Below, piece after piece: positions 28,755 through 40,366 of a DNA stretch of 64,000 bases. Source of the stretch: an uncultured Actinomycetota bacterium. Its GTDB lineage: Bacteria; Actinomycetota; Actinomycetes; Propionibacteriales; Nocardioidaceae. Where the stretch lies: contig CAVXBS010000018.1 of the NCBI GenBank assembly GCA_963759975.1, positions 495,798 to 559,797 of the forward strand, given 5' to 3'. A program made the translations under genes and the position numbers. The notes beneath the pieces are model-generated. The model saw only the letters and a program-made list of their open reading frames with translations, had not been told where the DNA came from and did not search any database. The stretch's first letter is position 1; the number at the start of each line of letters is the position of its first letter.

Positions 28755-29812
28755 TGACCCGCGACGTGGCGGTCGTTGGCTTCGCCCAGCGACAGATGAA
28801 GGAGTTCGACGGCTCGCCCACGTGCGTCGAGCTGCTCGTGCCCATCTTCGCGGAGCTGTTCGAGCAGACCGGCTGGACCAAGTCCGACATCGGGTTCTGG
28901 TGCTCGGGGTCGAGCGACTACCTCGCCGGGCGGTCGTTCTCGTTCGTCTCGGCGGTCGACGCGATCGGCGCGCTGCCGCCGGTCATGGAGTCGCACGTCG
29001 AGATGGACGCCGCCTGGGCGCTCTACGAGGCCTGGGTCAAGATCCAGACCGGGCTCGTCGACACCGCTCTCGTCTACGGCTTCGGCAAGTCGAGTGCCGG
29101 CCAGCTGCGGCGCATCATGTCGCTGCAGATGGACCCGTACACCGTCACCCCGCTGTGGGCCGACGCCGTGTCGGTCGCTGCGATGCAGGCCCGGTCGGGC
29201 CTGGAGTCCGGCGCCTGGGACCAGGACCAGATGGCAGCCGTCGTCGCGCGCTCGATGAGCGACGCAGCTGACAACGAGCACGCGATCCGCTCCCGCACCA
29301 CCTCCGTCGAGGACGTCCTCGACCAGCCGATGTATGCCGACCCGTTGCGCCGCTGGGACTGTGCTCCGGTTTCGGACGGCGCCGCGGCGATCGTCATCTC
29401 GGCGGCCGACGCGCCGGCGTTCGACCGGTTGCCGGGTCAGGCGGCCTGGATCACCGGCTTCGAGCACCGCATCGAGCCGGGTGCGCTCAACACCCGCGAC
29501 CTCACGGTCTCGGAGAGCACCAAGGCGGCCGGTGCTGCCGCCGGCGTCGACGGCGTCGACCTCGCCGAGCTGCATGCGCCGTTCTCCCACCAGGAGCTGA
29601 TCCTCGGCTCGGCGCTCGGCCTCGGCGCTGACGTACGGATCAACCCGTCGGGTGGGGCGCTCACCGCCAACCCGATGTTCACCGCCGGGCTCAACCGGAT
29701 CGGCGAGGCCGCACGGCAGGTGTGGTCGGGCTCGTCGCAGCGCGCGCTCGCGCACGCCACGTCAGGGCCCGCCCTGCAACAGAATCTCGTACTCACGATG
29801 GAGGCACGATGA
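28754..29812 (+). CDS. ltp4: Thiolase-fold aldolase Ltp4
   Basis: CSGSSDYLAGRSFSF, ESHVEMDAAWALYEAW, HATSGPALQQN. Confidence 0.88.
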   Translation: MTRDVAVVGFAQRQMKEFDGSPTCVELLVPIFAELFEQTGWTKSDIGFWCSGSSDYLAGRSFSFVSAVDAIGALPPVMESHVEMDAAWALYEAWVKIQTGLVDTALVYGFGKSSAGQLRRIMSLQMDPYTVTPLWADAVSVAAMQARSGLESGAWDQDQMAAVVARSMSDAADNEHAIRSRTTSVEDVLDQPMYADPLRRWDCAPVSDGAAAIVISAADAPAFDRLPGQAAWITGFEHRIEPGALNTRDLTVSESTKAAGAAAGVDGVDLAELHAPFSHQELILGSALGLGADVRINPSGGALTANPMFTAGLNRIGEAARQVWSGSSQRALAHATSGPALQQNLVLTMEAR

Positions 29813-30974
29813 GCACCTTGGCTGCTGTCGTCGGCGTCGGCCAGACGCACCACCGGGCCAAGCGCGGCGACGTGTCGATGGCCGGGCTACTGAGGGAGGC
29901 CGTCGACCGCGCCCTCGCCGATGCCGAGCTGACGTTCGCCGACATCGACGCGATCGTGATCGGCAAGGCGCCTGACCTGTTCGAGGGCGTCATGATGCCC
30001 GAGCTCTACCTCGCCGAGGCGCTGGGCGCGCCCGGCAAGCCGTTGCTGCGGGTGCACACGGCCGGCTCGGTCGGCGGCTCGACCGCGATCGTCGCGGCGT
30101 CCCTCGTCGAGGCGGGGATCCACGAGCGCGTCCTCACGGTGGCGTTCGAGAAGCAGTCGGAGTCCAACGCGATGTGGGCACTGTCGATCGCGGTGCCGTT
30201 CATCATGCCGGTGCACGCGGGAGCCGGTGGGTACTTCGCGCCGCACGTACGGTCGTACATCCGGCGTTCGGGCGCGCCCACCCACATCGGCGCGATCGTC
30301 GCCGCGAAGGACCGGCAGAACGCGCTCAAGAACCCCTTCGCCCACCTGCAGAATCCCGACACCACGGTCGACTCCGTGCTGGCGTCGCAGATGCTGTGGG
30401 ATCCCATCCGGTACGACGAGACGTGCCCGTCCTCCGACGGCGCGTGCGCCCTGGTCATCGCCTCAGAGTCGGCCGTCGAGCGCTCCGGCATCACGAACCC
30501 GGCCTGGATCCACGGCACCCAGATGCGCAGCGAGCCCACCACCGCCGCCGAGCGCGACCAGGTCAACCCGCACGCCGGCCGCGAGGCCGCGGCCGCCTCT
30601 GGAAGCAGGCCGGCATCACCTCACCGATCGACGAGATCGACTGCGCCGAGATCTACGTGCCGTTCTCCTGGTTCGAGCCCATGTGGCTGGAGAACCTCGG
30701 CTTCGCCGAGCAGGGCGGCGGCTGGAAGCTCACCGAGGCCGGCGAGACCCGCATCGAGGGCCGCATCCCGGTCAACATGAGCGGCGGCGTGCTGTCGTCC
30801 AACCCGATCGGCGCCAGCGGCATGCTGCGCTTCGGGGAGGCCGCGCTGCAGGTCATGGGCGAGGCCGGCGAGCACCAGGTCGAGGGCGCCCGCAAGGCGC
30901 TCGGCCATGCGTACGGCGGCGGATCCCAGTTCTTCGCGATGTGGGTCGTCGGCGCCGACAAGCCGGACCACTAG
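29809..30974 (+). CDS. ltp3: Thiolase-fold aldolase Ltp3 (frameshift near 30597)
   Basis: GKAPDLFEGVMMPEL, RVHTAGSVGG, ETCPSSDGA, HAYGGGSQFF. Confidence 0.88.
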
Positions 30975-30984
30975 CGCCCGCACA

Positions 30985-31044
30985 GCGAGTGGCGCGATGT
31001 GGCTGGTCGCTGGCCCTCTGGCGCGACCACACCGCGCCGCTCGC
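30985..31044. terminator. GC-rich hairpin between convergent ltp3 and cyp125
   Basis: GCGAGTGGCGCGATGTGG ... CCACACCGCGCCGCTCGC inverted repeat with 2 mismatches; no U-tract. Confidence 0.5.
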
Positions 31045-31049
31045 GGCGG

Positions 31050-32294
31050 TCAGACGTACTGGACCGGGAGCTCCTTGATGCCGTTGATCCAGCCGTGGCG
31101 CAGGCGCTTGGCCTCGCCCAGCTGCTTGATGTCGGGCAGCCGGTCGGCGAGCGTGTCGAACATGATCTCGACCTCGAGCCGGGCCAGGTTGGCGCCGATG
31201 CAGTAGTGCGCGCCGTGGCCACCGAACGAGAGGTGCGGGTTGGGGCTGCGGGTGATGTCGAACGTGCCGGGATCGGTGAAGACGTCCTCGTCGTGGTTGG
31301 CGCTGGCGTAGTAGAGGCCGACGCGCTCGCCCTTCTTGACCTCCACGTCGCCGACCATGACGTCGTTGATCGCGGTGCGCTGGAAGGTCGTCACCGGCGT
31401 CGCCCAGCGGATGACCTCGTCGACCATCGTCGAGGGGCGCTCGGCCTTCCACAGCTCCCACTGGTCGGGGTGCTGGAAGAACGCGTTCATGCCGTGCGTG
31501 ATGGCGTTGCGGGTGGTCTCGTTGCCGGCGACCGCGAGCATGATGACGAAGTAGCCGAACTCGTCCTCGCCGAGCTGGCCGTGCCCGTCGACGTCGGCGG
31601 TGATGAGCTTGGTGATGATGTCGTCCTGCGGGTTCTTGCGGCGCTCCTCGGCCAGGCCCATGGCATAGACGAGGATCTCGGCGGCGGCCTCGTCCGGGTT
31701 GCCCTCGAAGTCGGGGTCGTCGAACGACATCATCGTGTTGGACCAGTCGAAGAGCTTGCCGCGGTCCTCCTGCGGTACGCCCATGAGGTCCGCGATCGCC
31801 TGCAGCGGAAGCTCGGAGGCCACCTCGTTGACGAAGTCGCCGGAGCCCTTGGCGATCGCCTCGTCGACGATGTTGTTGGCCCGCTGGACGAGGACGTCGT
31901 GCTGGGCGTTGATCGAGCGCGGGGTGAACCCGCGGCTGATGATCTGGCGGATCTTGGTGTGGTCCGGCGGATCCTGGTTGATCAGCATGATGCCCTGCAG
32001 CTCGACCTGGTCGCGGGTCATGTCGGGGGCGAACCGGATGATCGCGCCGTTCTCCTGGCTCGAGAAGTCCTTGCTGTTCTTGGACACCGCGGACACGTCG
32101 GCGTGCTTGCTGATCGCCCAGAAGCCCTCACCGTTGAAGCCGGCGCGGGACTCCGGTGCCTGCTCGACCCACCAGACAGGAGCGGTCCGGCGCAGCTCGG
32201 CGAACTCGTCGAGCGGGACGCCTGCTTGACACAGATCGGGGTCGGTCGGGTCAAAACCGCTGGGAATCGTGGGGGCGGCGGGCGTCGTGGTCAC
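31050..32294 (-). CDS. cyp125: Cytochrome P450, steroid C26-monooxygenase
   Basis: AVAGNETTRN, EVIR, FGGHGAHYCIG heme motif; CYP125-type N-terminus. Confidence 0.9.
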   Translation of the reverse strand: MTTTPAAPTIPSGFDPTDPDLCQAGVPLDEFAELRRTAPVWWVEQAPESRAGFNGEGFWAISKHADVSAVSKNSKDFSSQENGAIIRFAPDMTRDQVELQGIMLINQDPPDHTKIRQIISRGFTPRSINAQHDVLVQRANNIVDEAIAKGSGDFVNEVASELPLQAIADLMGVPQEDRGKLFDWSNTMMSFDDPDFEGNPDEAAAEILVYAMGLAEERRKNPQDDIITKLITADVDGHGQLGEDEFGYFVIMLAVAGNETTRNAITHGMNAFFQHPDQWELWKAERPSTMVDEVIRWATPVTTFQRTAINDVMVGDVEVKKGERVGLYYASANHDEDVFTDPGTFDITRSPNPHLSFGGHGAHYCIGANLARLEVEIMFDTLADRLPDIKQLGEAKRLRHGWINGIKELPVQYV

Positions 32295-32311
32295 ATGGGC
32301 TCCTAGATTTC

Positions 32312-32325
32312 TATAACACGTTCTA
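32312..32325. promoter_or_regulatory. KstR operator (cyp125 side)
   Basis: TATAACACGTTCTA. Confidence 0.8.
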
Positions 32326-32326
32326 G

Positions 32327-33562
<1,236 letters not shown>

Positions 33563-33576
33563 TCCGAAGGACTGCC

Positions 33577-35196
33577 ATGACCGACAACAAGACACTGCGC
33601 GACGAGGCCGACTACGTCGTCGTTGGGGCCGGCAGCGCGGGAGCCGCCGCCGCATCCCGACTGGCCGCATCAGGCGCATCGGTGATCCTGCTCGAGGCGG
33701 GCAAGAAGGACACCTCGATGCTCGTCACGAAGCCGGGCATGATCGGGCCGATGCACGCCGACCCCAGCATCAAGAAGCGCGTCGACTGGGGCTACTACAC
33801 CGTGCCCCAGCAGCACATGAACAACCGCGTCATCCCGCAGACCCGCGGCAAGGTCGTCGGCGGGTCGAGCTCGATCAACGGCTTGCTGTGGGTACGCGGC
33901 AACCGCGCCAACTACGACTCCTGGGCCGCCGAGGGCAACACCGGGTGGGACGCCGACTCGGTCAACGAGACGTACCGGAGGGTCGAGGACTTCGAGGACG
34001 GTGCTGACGAGTTCCGCGGCGCCGGCGGACCCATCAAGGTCACCCGCCACACGCAGCCCACCGAGGCGTCGCTGCAGTTCGAGCAGGCGACGGCCGACAC
34101 GCTGGGCGTCAAGATCCTCAAGGACTACAACGCGGCCGAGCAGGAGGGCGTCAGCCGGTTCCAGCAGAGCGCATTCGAGGGCAAGCGCTACTCGTCGTCG
34201 CGCGGCTATCTCACCAACACCGACTGGCCGACGATCCAGGTGCAGGCGCAGGTCCACGTCCAGAAGGTCGTCATCGAGAACGGCCGCGCCACCGGCGTCG
34301 AGGTCGTGGACAAGGGCGGCAGCCGTCGCGTGGTCCGGGCCGGCAAGGAGGTCATCCTCTCGGCCGGCGTGTTCGGATCGGCGCAGATCCTGATGCTGTC
34401 GGGCGTCGGCCCGGCGGCCCACCTCGCCGATCACGGCATCGAGGTCAAGGCCGACCTGCCGGTGGGCGACAACCTGCACGACCACCTCTTCGTGCCGACG
34501 ACCTGGCTGATGCCGAACGCCGTGCACCGCGGCATCCCGACCTACTTCGCCCGCGGACTGGTCAAGGAGCTGACCCGCGGTGGATCGTTCCTGGAGAACA
34601 CCGTCTTCGAGACCGTGGCCTTCCTGCGTACGTCGTTGGCCACCGACGTCCCCGACCTGCAGATCCACGTGCTGCCGTGGGCGTACCCGTCGCCCAACCA
34701 GGACGCACCGGTACGCCACAAGGTCGACCGCCGGCGCGCGCTGACCGTGATGTCGACGCTGATCTATCCACGCAGCCGCGGCACCCTCAGACTTGCATCG
34801 AGCGATCCGAGCGCTGCGCCGCTCATCGACATGAACTACCTCGCCGAGGCCGGTGACCGACAGGTGCTGATCGAAGGAGTCGAGATGATCCGCGAGATCA
34901 TGCAGTCGGCGGCATTCGGCGGCAACGTCACCGCCGAGCTGCACCCCGGACCTGCGATCGACTCCGAGGCGCTCAAGGCCGAGGTGCTCAACCGGGCCAC
35001 CACCGTGTATCACGGGGTTGGCACCTGCCGGATGGGCGTCGACGAACGGGCCGTCGTGGGACCGGACCTCAAGGTCCGCGGCATCGAGGGCCTCCGGGTC
35101 GCAGATGCGTCGATCATGCCGTCGATCATCGGCGGCAACACCAATGCGCCATCGATCATGATCGGCGACAAGTGCGCGGAGCTGGTGCTGGGATGA
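33577..35196 (+). CDS. GMC family oxidoreductase (alcohol/choline dehydrogenase-like)
   Basis: DYVVVGAGSAG, RGKVVGGSSSING, VGDNLHDH, YHGVGTCRMG, GGNTNAP. Confidence 0.88.
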   Translation: MTDNKTLRDEADYVVVGAGSAGAAAASRLAASGASVILLEAGKKDTSMLVTKPGMIGPMHADPSIKKRVDWGYYTVPQQHMNNRVIPQTRGKVVGGSSSINGLLWVRGNRANYDSWAAEGNTGWDADSVNETYRRVEDFEDGADEFRGAGGPIKVTRHTQPTEASLQFEQATADTLGVKILKDYNAAEQEGVSRFQQSAFEGKRYSSSRGYLTNTDWPTIQVQAQVHVQKVVIENGRATGVEVVDKGGSRRVVRAGKEVILSAGVFGSAQILMLSGVGPAAHLADHGIEVKADLPVGDNLHDHLFVPTTWLMPNAVHRGIPTYFARGLVKELTRGGSFLENTVFETVAFLRTSLATDVPDLQIHVLPWAYPSPNQDAPVRHKVDRRRALTVMSTLIYPRSRGTLRLASSDPSAAPLIDMNYLAEAGDRQVLIEGVEMIREIMQSAAFGGNVTAELHPGPAIDSEALKAEVLNRATTVYHGVGTCRMGVDERAVVGPDLKVRGIEGLRVADASIMPSIIGGNTNAPSIMIGDKCAELVLG

Positions 35197-36751
35197 ATGC
35201 ACAACGACCGGCAAGCCTGACCCCTGAGTTCCTCGACGGCATCGTCCAGCGGGTGCCGGGGACCACCGGCAACACCTGGAAGCTGACCGAGGTCTACACC
35301 GGCGATCTGCTCGTCGAGCTGCCACAGTCCTCGCCGAGCGACATCGCGGGGGCGTTCGACACCGCTCGCGCGGCACAGCAGATCTGGGGCTCGTGGTCGC
35401 TGCGCAAGCGGCTCAAGGTGCTCAAGAAGTTCCACGCCCTGGTCCTGGACAACCAGTACCTCATCACCGACCTCATCCAGGCCGAGAGCGGCAAGAACCG
35501 ACGCATGGCGTTCGAGGAGTCGTGCGACGTGCCGATGGGCGCGAGCCACTACATCAAGCGCGCCCCATCGGTGCTCAAGGACCGCAAACATGCCGGCCCC
35601 GTGCCGGTGCTGTCTCATTCGACCGAGGTGCGCCGCCCCAAGGGTGTCGTCGCGATCATCGCGCCGTGGAACTTCCCGTTCGCCACCGGGATCTCCGACA
35701 CGATCCCGGCCCTGATCGCGGGCAACGGCGTCGTGGTCAAGCCCGACAACAAGACCGCGCTCTCCCCGCTGTTCGGCGTACGCCTGTTGGAGCAGGCGGG
35801 CATGCCCAAGGGGCTGGTGCAGGTCATCTGCGGCGAGGGTCCAGACGTCGGCGGGCCGATGCTGGAGAACGCCGACTACGTCATGTTCACCGGGTCGACG
35901 GCCACCGGCCGGATCATCGGCGAGCTCGCCGGCAAGCACCTGATCGGCGCGTGCCTGGAGCTCGGCGGCAAGAACCCGATGCTGGTTCTCGAGGACGCCA
36001 ACGTCGACGAGGCCGTGCATGCGGCGCTGTTCGGCGGGTTCGGCAACTCCGGCCAGATCTGCATGCACATCGAGCGGCTCTACATCCACGACTCGATCTA
36101 TGACGAGTTCCGAGACAAGTTCGTCGCCGCCACCGAGGCGATGCAGATCGGCGCGACGTACGACTTCGGTCCCGACATCGGCTCACTCGTGTCGGTGGAC
36201 CACAAGGACCGCGTGGCCTCGCATGTCGACGACGCCCGGGCCAAGGGCGCCACCGTGCTGACCGGGGGCAAGGCGCGACCCGACCTCGGCCCTGCGTTCT
36301 ACGAGCCGACGATCCTCGAGGGCGTCACCAAGGACATGCTGGCCGGCTCGACCGAGACGTTCGGCCCGGTCGTCGGCCTCTATCGCTTCCATCCGAGGAT
36401 GAGGGCATCGCGCTCGCCAACGACACCGACTACGGCCTCAATGCCAGCGTCTGGAGCGCGGACACGAAGCATGGGCTCGCCGTGGCACGGCGGATCGACT
36501 CGGGCAACGTCAACGTCAACGACATCCTCGCCACGGCGTACGCCTCGAAGGGCTCGCCGTCGGGCGGCCTCAAGCAGTCCGGCGTCGGCGCCCGCCACGG
36601 CGACCAGGGCCTGCTGAAGTACACCGACGCGCAGAACATCGCGCTGCTCAAGAAGCAGGTCATGGAGCCGAAGGCTGGTCAGTCGTACGAGGCCTATGCC
36701 AAGCAGACGCAGATGTCGCTCAAGCTGATGCGCAAGACCCGACTGCGCTAG
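35193..36751 (+). CDS. Aldehyde dehydrogenase, GabD2/Rv1731-like (frameshift near 36395)
   Basis: PWNFP, FTGST, LELGGKNP, GQIC, ETFGP, GGLKQSG. Confidence 0.85.
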
Positions 36752-36805
36752 CTCGGCGCCCGGTGGGGCGGTGAGTCAGCGACGTATCCGAGGCGCTGAA
36801 GGTCG

Positions 36806-37276
36806 CTAGGTCACCGCTCCGTCGCTGAAGAACTCCTCCGCTCGGGCCTTCAGGGCGTACGCCACGGAGTCGAAGCCGGCCTTGACCCAGTCGCCGTTGA
36901 GCTCCATCACCAACGCCGCGTGCTCGCCGCTCAGCGTGTCGGTCGTGCAGTACGCGCAGCGATCGGGCCCGAGCTCGGAGATGTACTGATCGCGGATCGC
37001 GAAGATCCCCTCCATCTCCTCGCCGGTGTCATAGCGCAGGTGGTGCGGCGGGTCGACGATGCGGATGAACTCGCGGTTGACGAACGTACCGTCCGAGCCG
37101 TCGGGGTTCGGCAGCGTCAAGTCGATCTGCTCACCGAGCTCGAGGCTCGTCTCAGCCGCGATCGTGTAGGGATTCCACTCCGGGTAGCGCGGATAGTCGA
37201 CCAGCACGTCCCACACGAACGACGCCGGTGCCTCGATCTCCACCGTCACCGACGTGACCACGAACGGGGCAGTCAT
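36806..37276 (-). CDS. SRPBCC/START-like ligand-binding protein
   Basis: VEIEAPASFVWDVLVDYPRYPEWNPY...ALKARAE. Confidence 0.78.
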   Translation of the reverse strand: MTAPFVVTSVTVEIEAPASFVWDVLVDYPRYPEWNPYTIAAETSLELGEQIDLTLPNPDGSDGTFVNREFIRIVDPPHHLRYDTGEEMEGIFAIRDQYISELGPDRCAYCTTDTLSGEHAALVMELNGDWVKAGFDSVAYALKARAEEFFSDGAVT

Positions 37277-38049
37277 GCGGGCATGTGCTCGCCGCCGTTG
37301 ACGTCGAGCACCGCACCGGTGACCTCCGACGCCAGGTCGGACAGCAGGTAGAGGATCGCGCCGGCACAGGCTTCGTCCGTCGGGATCCGGCCCAGCGGGT
37401 TGCGCGAGGCGATGTCGTCGTAGACCTCCTGCTCGGTGATGCCCTTCTCCTCGGCCGTCATGGTCAGGTAGAACCGCACGCCGGGGCCGTCGAGCCAGCC
37501 CATGATCGCCTGGTTGACGCGGATGCCCTTCTCGCCCAGCTCGAGCGCCAGGTATTGGGAGGCGCAGCCCATGGCGGCCTTCGCCATCGCGTATCCGCCC
37601 TCACCACGCATCGGGACCCGCGTGGACATCGTGCCGACGTTGACGATCGACCCACCGCCGGTCATGTGTGGGACGACAGCGCGGCTCATCCCCAGCGACC
37701 CGTAAACAATGATGTCCATCGCTCGGCGCAGCGCCTTGTCGGGAGTGTCGAGCAGATCGGTGAAACCCGGATGCCCGTACGCGCTGTTGACCAGGCCGGT
37801 GACCTTGCCGTATCGCTCGACGGCGGTCGCCACGACCCGTTCGACGTCTTCGGACTTGCGTACGTCGCACTGCACGGCAACTGCGTCGCCACCGGCCGAG
37901 ATGATCTCCTTGACCACCTGTCCGGTGACCCCGTCAGACCGCGCAGCCAGCACGACCTTGGCACCCTCGGCCGCCGCACGCGCCGACAGCTTCGCGCCAA
38001 GTCCTGCCCCGACACCCGACACGATGACCACCTCGTCCTTGAGGATCAC
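37273..38049 (-). CDS. SDR, Rv3530c-like
   Basis: VSGVGAGLG, VNSA, YAMAK, ELGEKGIRVN, LDVNGGE. Confidence 0.8.
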   Translation of the reverse strand: MILKDEVVIVSGVGAGLGAKLSARAAAEGAKVVLAARSDGVTGQVVKEIISAGGDAVAVQCDVRKSEDVERVVATAVERYGKVTGLVNSAYGHPGFTDLLDTPDKALRRAMDIIVYGSLGMSRAVVPHMTGGGSIVNVGTMSTRVPMRGEGGYAMAKAAMGCASQYLALELGEKGIRVNQAIMGWLDGPGVRFYLTMTAEEKGITEQEVYDDIASRNPLGRIPTDEACAGAILYLLSDLASEVTGAVLDVNGGEHMPA

Positions 38050-39200
38050 GACATCTCCTTCTCGTAGAACGCGAAGTCCTGCTCGAGCCCGGCCTCGGTG
38101 AGTCCGAAGTCCTCGGCGGTGTACGTGTGCGAGCCGTGGCGTTGTGCCTGGTTGCGGGCCATGTACGCCTCCAGCGCGTCACGGTCCACCGGCAGGCCCA
38201 GCTCGTCCATGACCTGCGTCGCGGTGCCGACCGGGTCCGAGACGGTGTCCTTGAACGTGACGTCGACGAACCGGTCCGGCCGATTGGCCCGCACCTCCGC
38301 GTACTGCCCGAGCGCCGTCACGAACCGGTCGCGCCAGTAGGGACCGACCGCCTTGGGGTCGACCTCGTCGCTGTACTGACCCGAGATCGCACAGACCATC
38401 GAGGCGTACGACGGCACGGCGCTGGTCGGCGACCGGTGGGTCATGACGATCTTGCAGCCGGGGAACGTGTCGAGGACCGTGTCCACCGCGGTGAGGTGGT
38501 GCGGCGACTTGAGGATCCAGGGCTTGCCGTCGCGATCGGGGCTCTGCCACTGCAGGACCTGCAGCCACTCCTTGAGGTCGCGATAGGCGGGTGCCTGGTC
38601 GAACTCGCGCAGCCACAGGCCGTACGTCGGCACCCAGTAGAACGAGTCGTAGCTCATCGACGTGAAGGTGCGGTCGAGCAGGATGACGTCCTCCTCGGGT
38701 CCGTCCCACTCGATCGTGTGGATGTCGCCGAAGTCCGGTGCCATCTCGAGGAACATCTCGTAGCGGTCGCGCGCGCTTCTTCTTGCGCAGCTCGGCGTCA
38801 GGGCTCTCGCCGGGGAACGGCAACGGGTACGACGTCTCCCACGACAAGCGTCGAGGTCACCTCGGGCGACGAGGCCAGGAGACGGTGCAGCAGCGTGGAT
38901 CCCGTGCGCGGCAGGCCGCAGATCTCGGCGGCGACCACCACCTCCTCGTCGAGGATCTCGGGGTGCTCGGCCTGCAGCTGCTTGAGCCGCAGCCGGTCGG
39001 CCAGCGACGCGACGAGGCGCCTGTGGGTCAGGTCGAGGCCCAGCTCGGACAGCCGTGCCTCGTCGGCGAGCGCCCTGCGTCAGCACCGTCAGCGGCTCGA
39101 CGAACCAGTCGTCGCCGTAGTCGCTGAGCCCGGTCTTGTCGCGGGCCGCGGCGAGCAGCCCGTCGACGTCCAGCGCGCTGGCGGTCTCGGCGGTGGTCAT
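38046..39200 (-). CDS. PAPS-dependent sulfotransferase, Rv3529c-like (frameshifted)
   Basis: 5'-PSB loop ICGLPRTGSTLLHRLL read manually at about 38880-38925; WILKSPHH; MTHRSP...S; N-terminal ARDKTGLSDYG. Confidence 0.85.
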   Translation of the reverse strand: MTTAETASALDVDGLLAAARDKTGLSDYGDDWFVEPLTVLTQGARRRGTAVRAGPRPDPQAPRRVAGRPAAAQAAAGRAPRDPRRGGGGRRRDLRPAAHGIHAAAPSPGLVARGDLDACRGRRRTRCRSPARALTPSCARRSARDRYEMFLEMAPDFGDIHTIEWDGPEEDVILLDRTFTSMSYDSFYWVPTYGLWLREFDQAPAYRDLKEWLQVLQWQSPDRDGKPWILKSPHHLTAVDTVLDTFPGCKIVMTHRSPTSAVPSYASMVCAISGQYSDEVDPKAVGPYWRDRFVTALGQYAEVRANRPDRFVDVTFKDTVSDPVGTATQVMDELGLPVDRDALEAYMARNQAQRHGSHTYTAEDFGLTEAGLEQDFAFYEKEMS

Positions 39201-40284
39201 GGCGCCTCCAGGTCGATGTGCCCAGATCACCCTTGCACTCCGGCAAGGGGTTGCGGTCGGCGCCGAGCCAGCGCAGCAGCGCCGTGCCGCTGGTGTGCCC
39301 GCACGTGTCGATCCAGTTGCCCCAGCCCGGATCCTTGTCGGCGACGACGATCGTCAGCCGGCCGTCGTCCAGCTTCGCGGTGTGCTTGTTGATCGTGATC
39401 TGGCGCTCGTGGTCGAGCGACTCCATCCACCAGTTGTCGAGCTGGAAGTTCCAGTAGGGGCAGTCCGGCACCTCGGTCTCGATGACCCAGGCCTGCCCGG
39501 GCTCGAGCGTCCAGTAGCCGTGCAGGTAGAAGATCTCCGGATCGCCGCCGGCCTTCTGGAACATCTCCTGGCCGAAGTCGGGCATCTCGTTGGGCCGGGT
39601 CATGAACATCTCGGTCCAGCTCGCGAACAGGGCGGCGGTGCCGTGCAGCGAGAACGCAGCCGTCGCGAGCGCCTTGGCCAGGTGCGCCGGGTCGAGCTCC
39701 TTGCGCTCGATCGGGTCACCGATGCGTTCGATGTGCCACCGGCCGGGGACCTCGGTCGTACGGTCGAGGTGCGTCTGGCGGACCACGAGCCCGGTCGAAT
39801 CGGGGGCAAGGGGCAGCCAGTTCTTGTCGTGCGGGGTCGCGCTGGCGATGATCTCGACGGTGCCGTCCGGCTCCACCACGAGGTCACGGTCGGAGATCTC
39901 GCCGGTCGACGCCATGGTGCCGTCGATCGCATACCGGTTGGCCTTGGAGCCGATGCTGAAGTAGGCGATCGAGCCCCGCGTCCCGCTGATCCGGTACGAA
40001 CGGTCGCCACGGATGTTGGCCGAGAGGTAGACGTTGTCAGGGTTGTCGGCGCCGAGCTTGACCCGGTCGAGCTCGTGCAGCCGGGGGAAGTCGGGGTCGG
40101 CGTTCTCGACGGTCGTGTAGAGCATCTCCCTGAGCAGACGCGTCAGGTAGCGATAGCCCTCAGCCCGATCGAGGGGCGTGTCGGGCGCGGCATCCCGCAG
40201 GATGACCTCGCCCGCCTGCTCCAGGGCGCGGCAGAAATCGGTCCATGCCTGGCCGGAGGAAACCTCCGCAGCCCCGTTACCCAT
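39197..40284 (-). CDS. DUF1214-like protein, Rv3531c-like (3' end frameshifted)
   Basis: DRAEGYRYLTRL, GADNPDNVY, YWNFQL.NWW.ESLD, DPGWGNWIDT.GH..G..LLRW. Confidence 0.72.
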
Positions 40285-40305
40285 TGATACCTCCACGGAG
40301 AAATC

Positions 40306-40319
40306 TAGAACACGTTCTA
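40306..40319. promoter_or_regulatory. KstR operator upstream of the DUF1214/sulfotransferase operon
   Basis: TAGAACACGTTCTA. Confidence 0.85.
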
Positions 40320-40366
40320 CCAGTTTCGCACACATCGGACAACCGCTCGGTAGAGTTCGGCACCTC

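Noticed and set aside
33577-35196. Cholesterol oxidase
   Set aside because: Motifs fit the choline/alcohol dehydrogenase branch of GMC enzymes and there is no Tat signal; cannot support a ChoD/ChoE call
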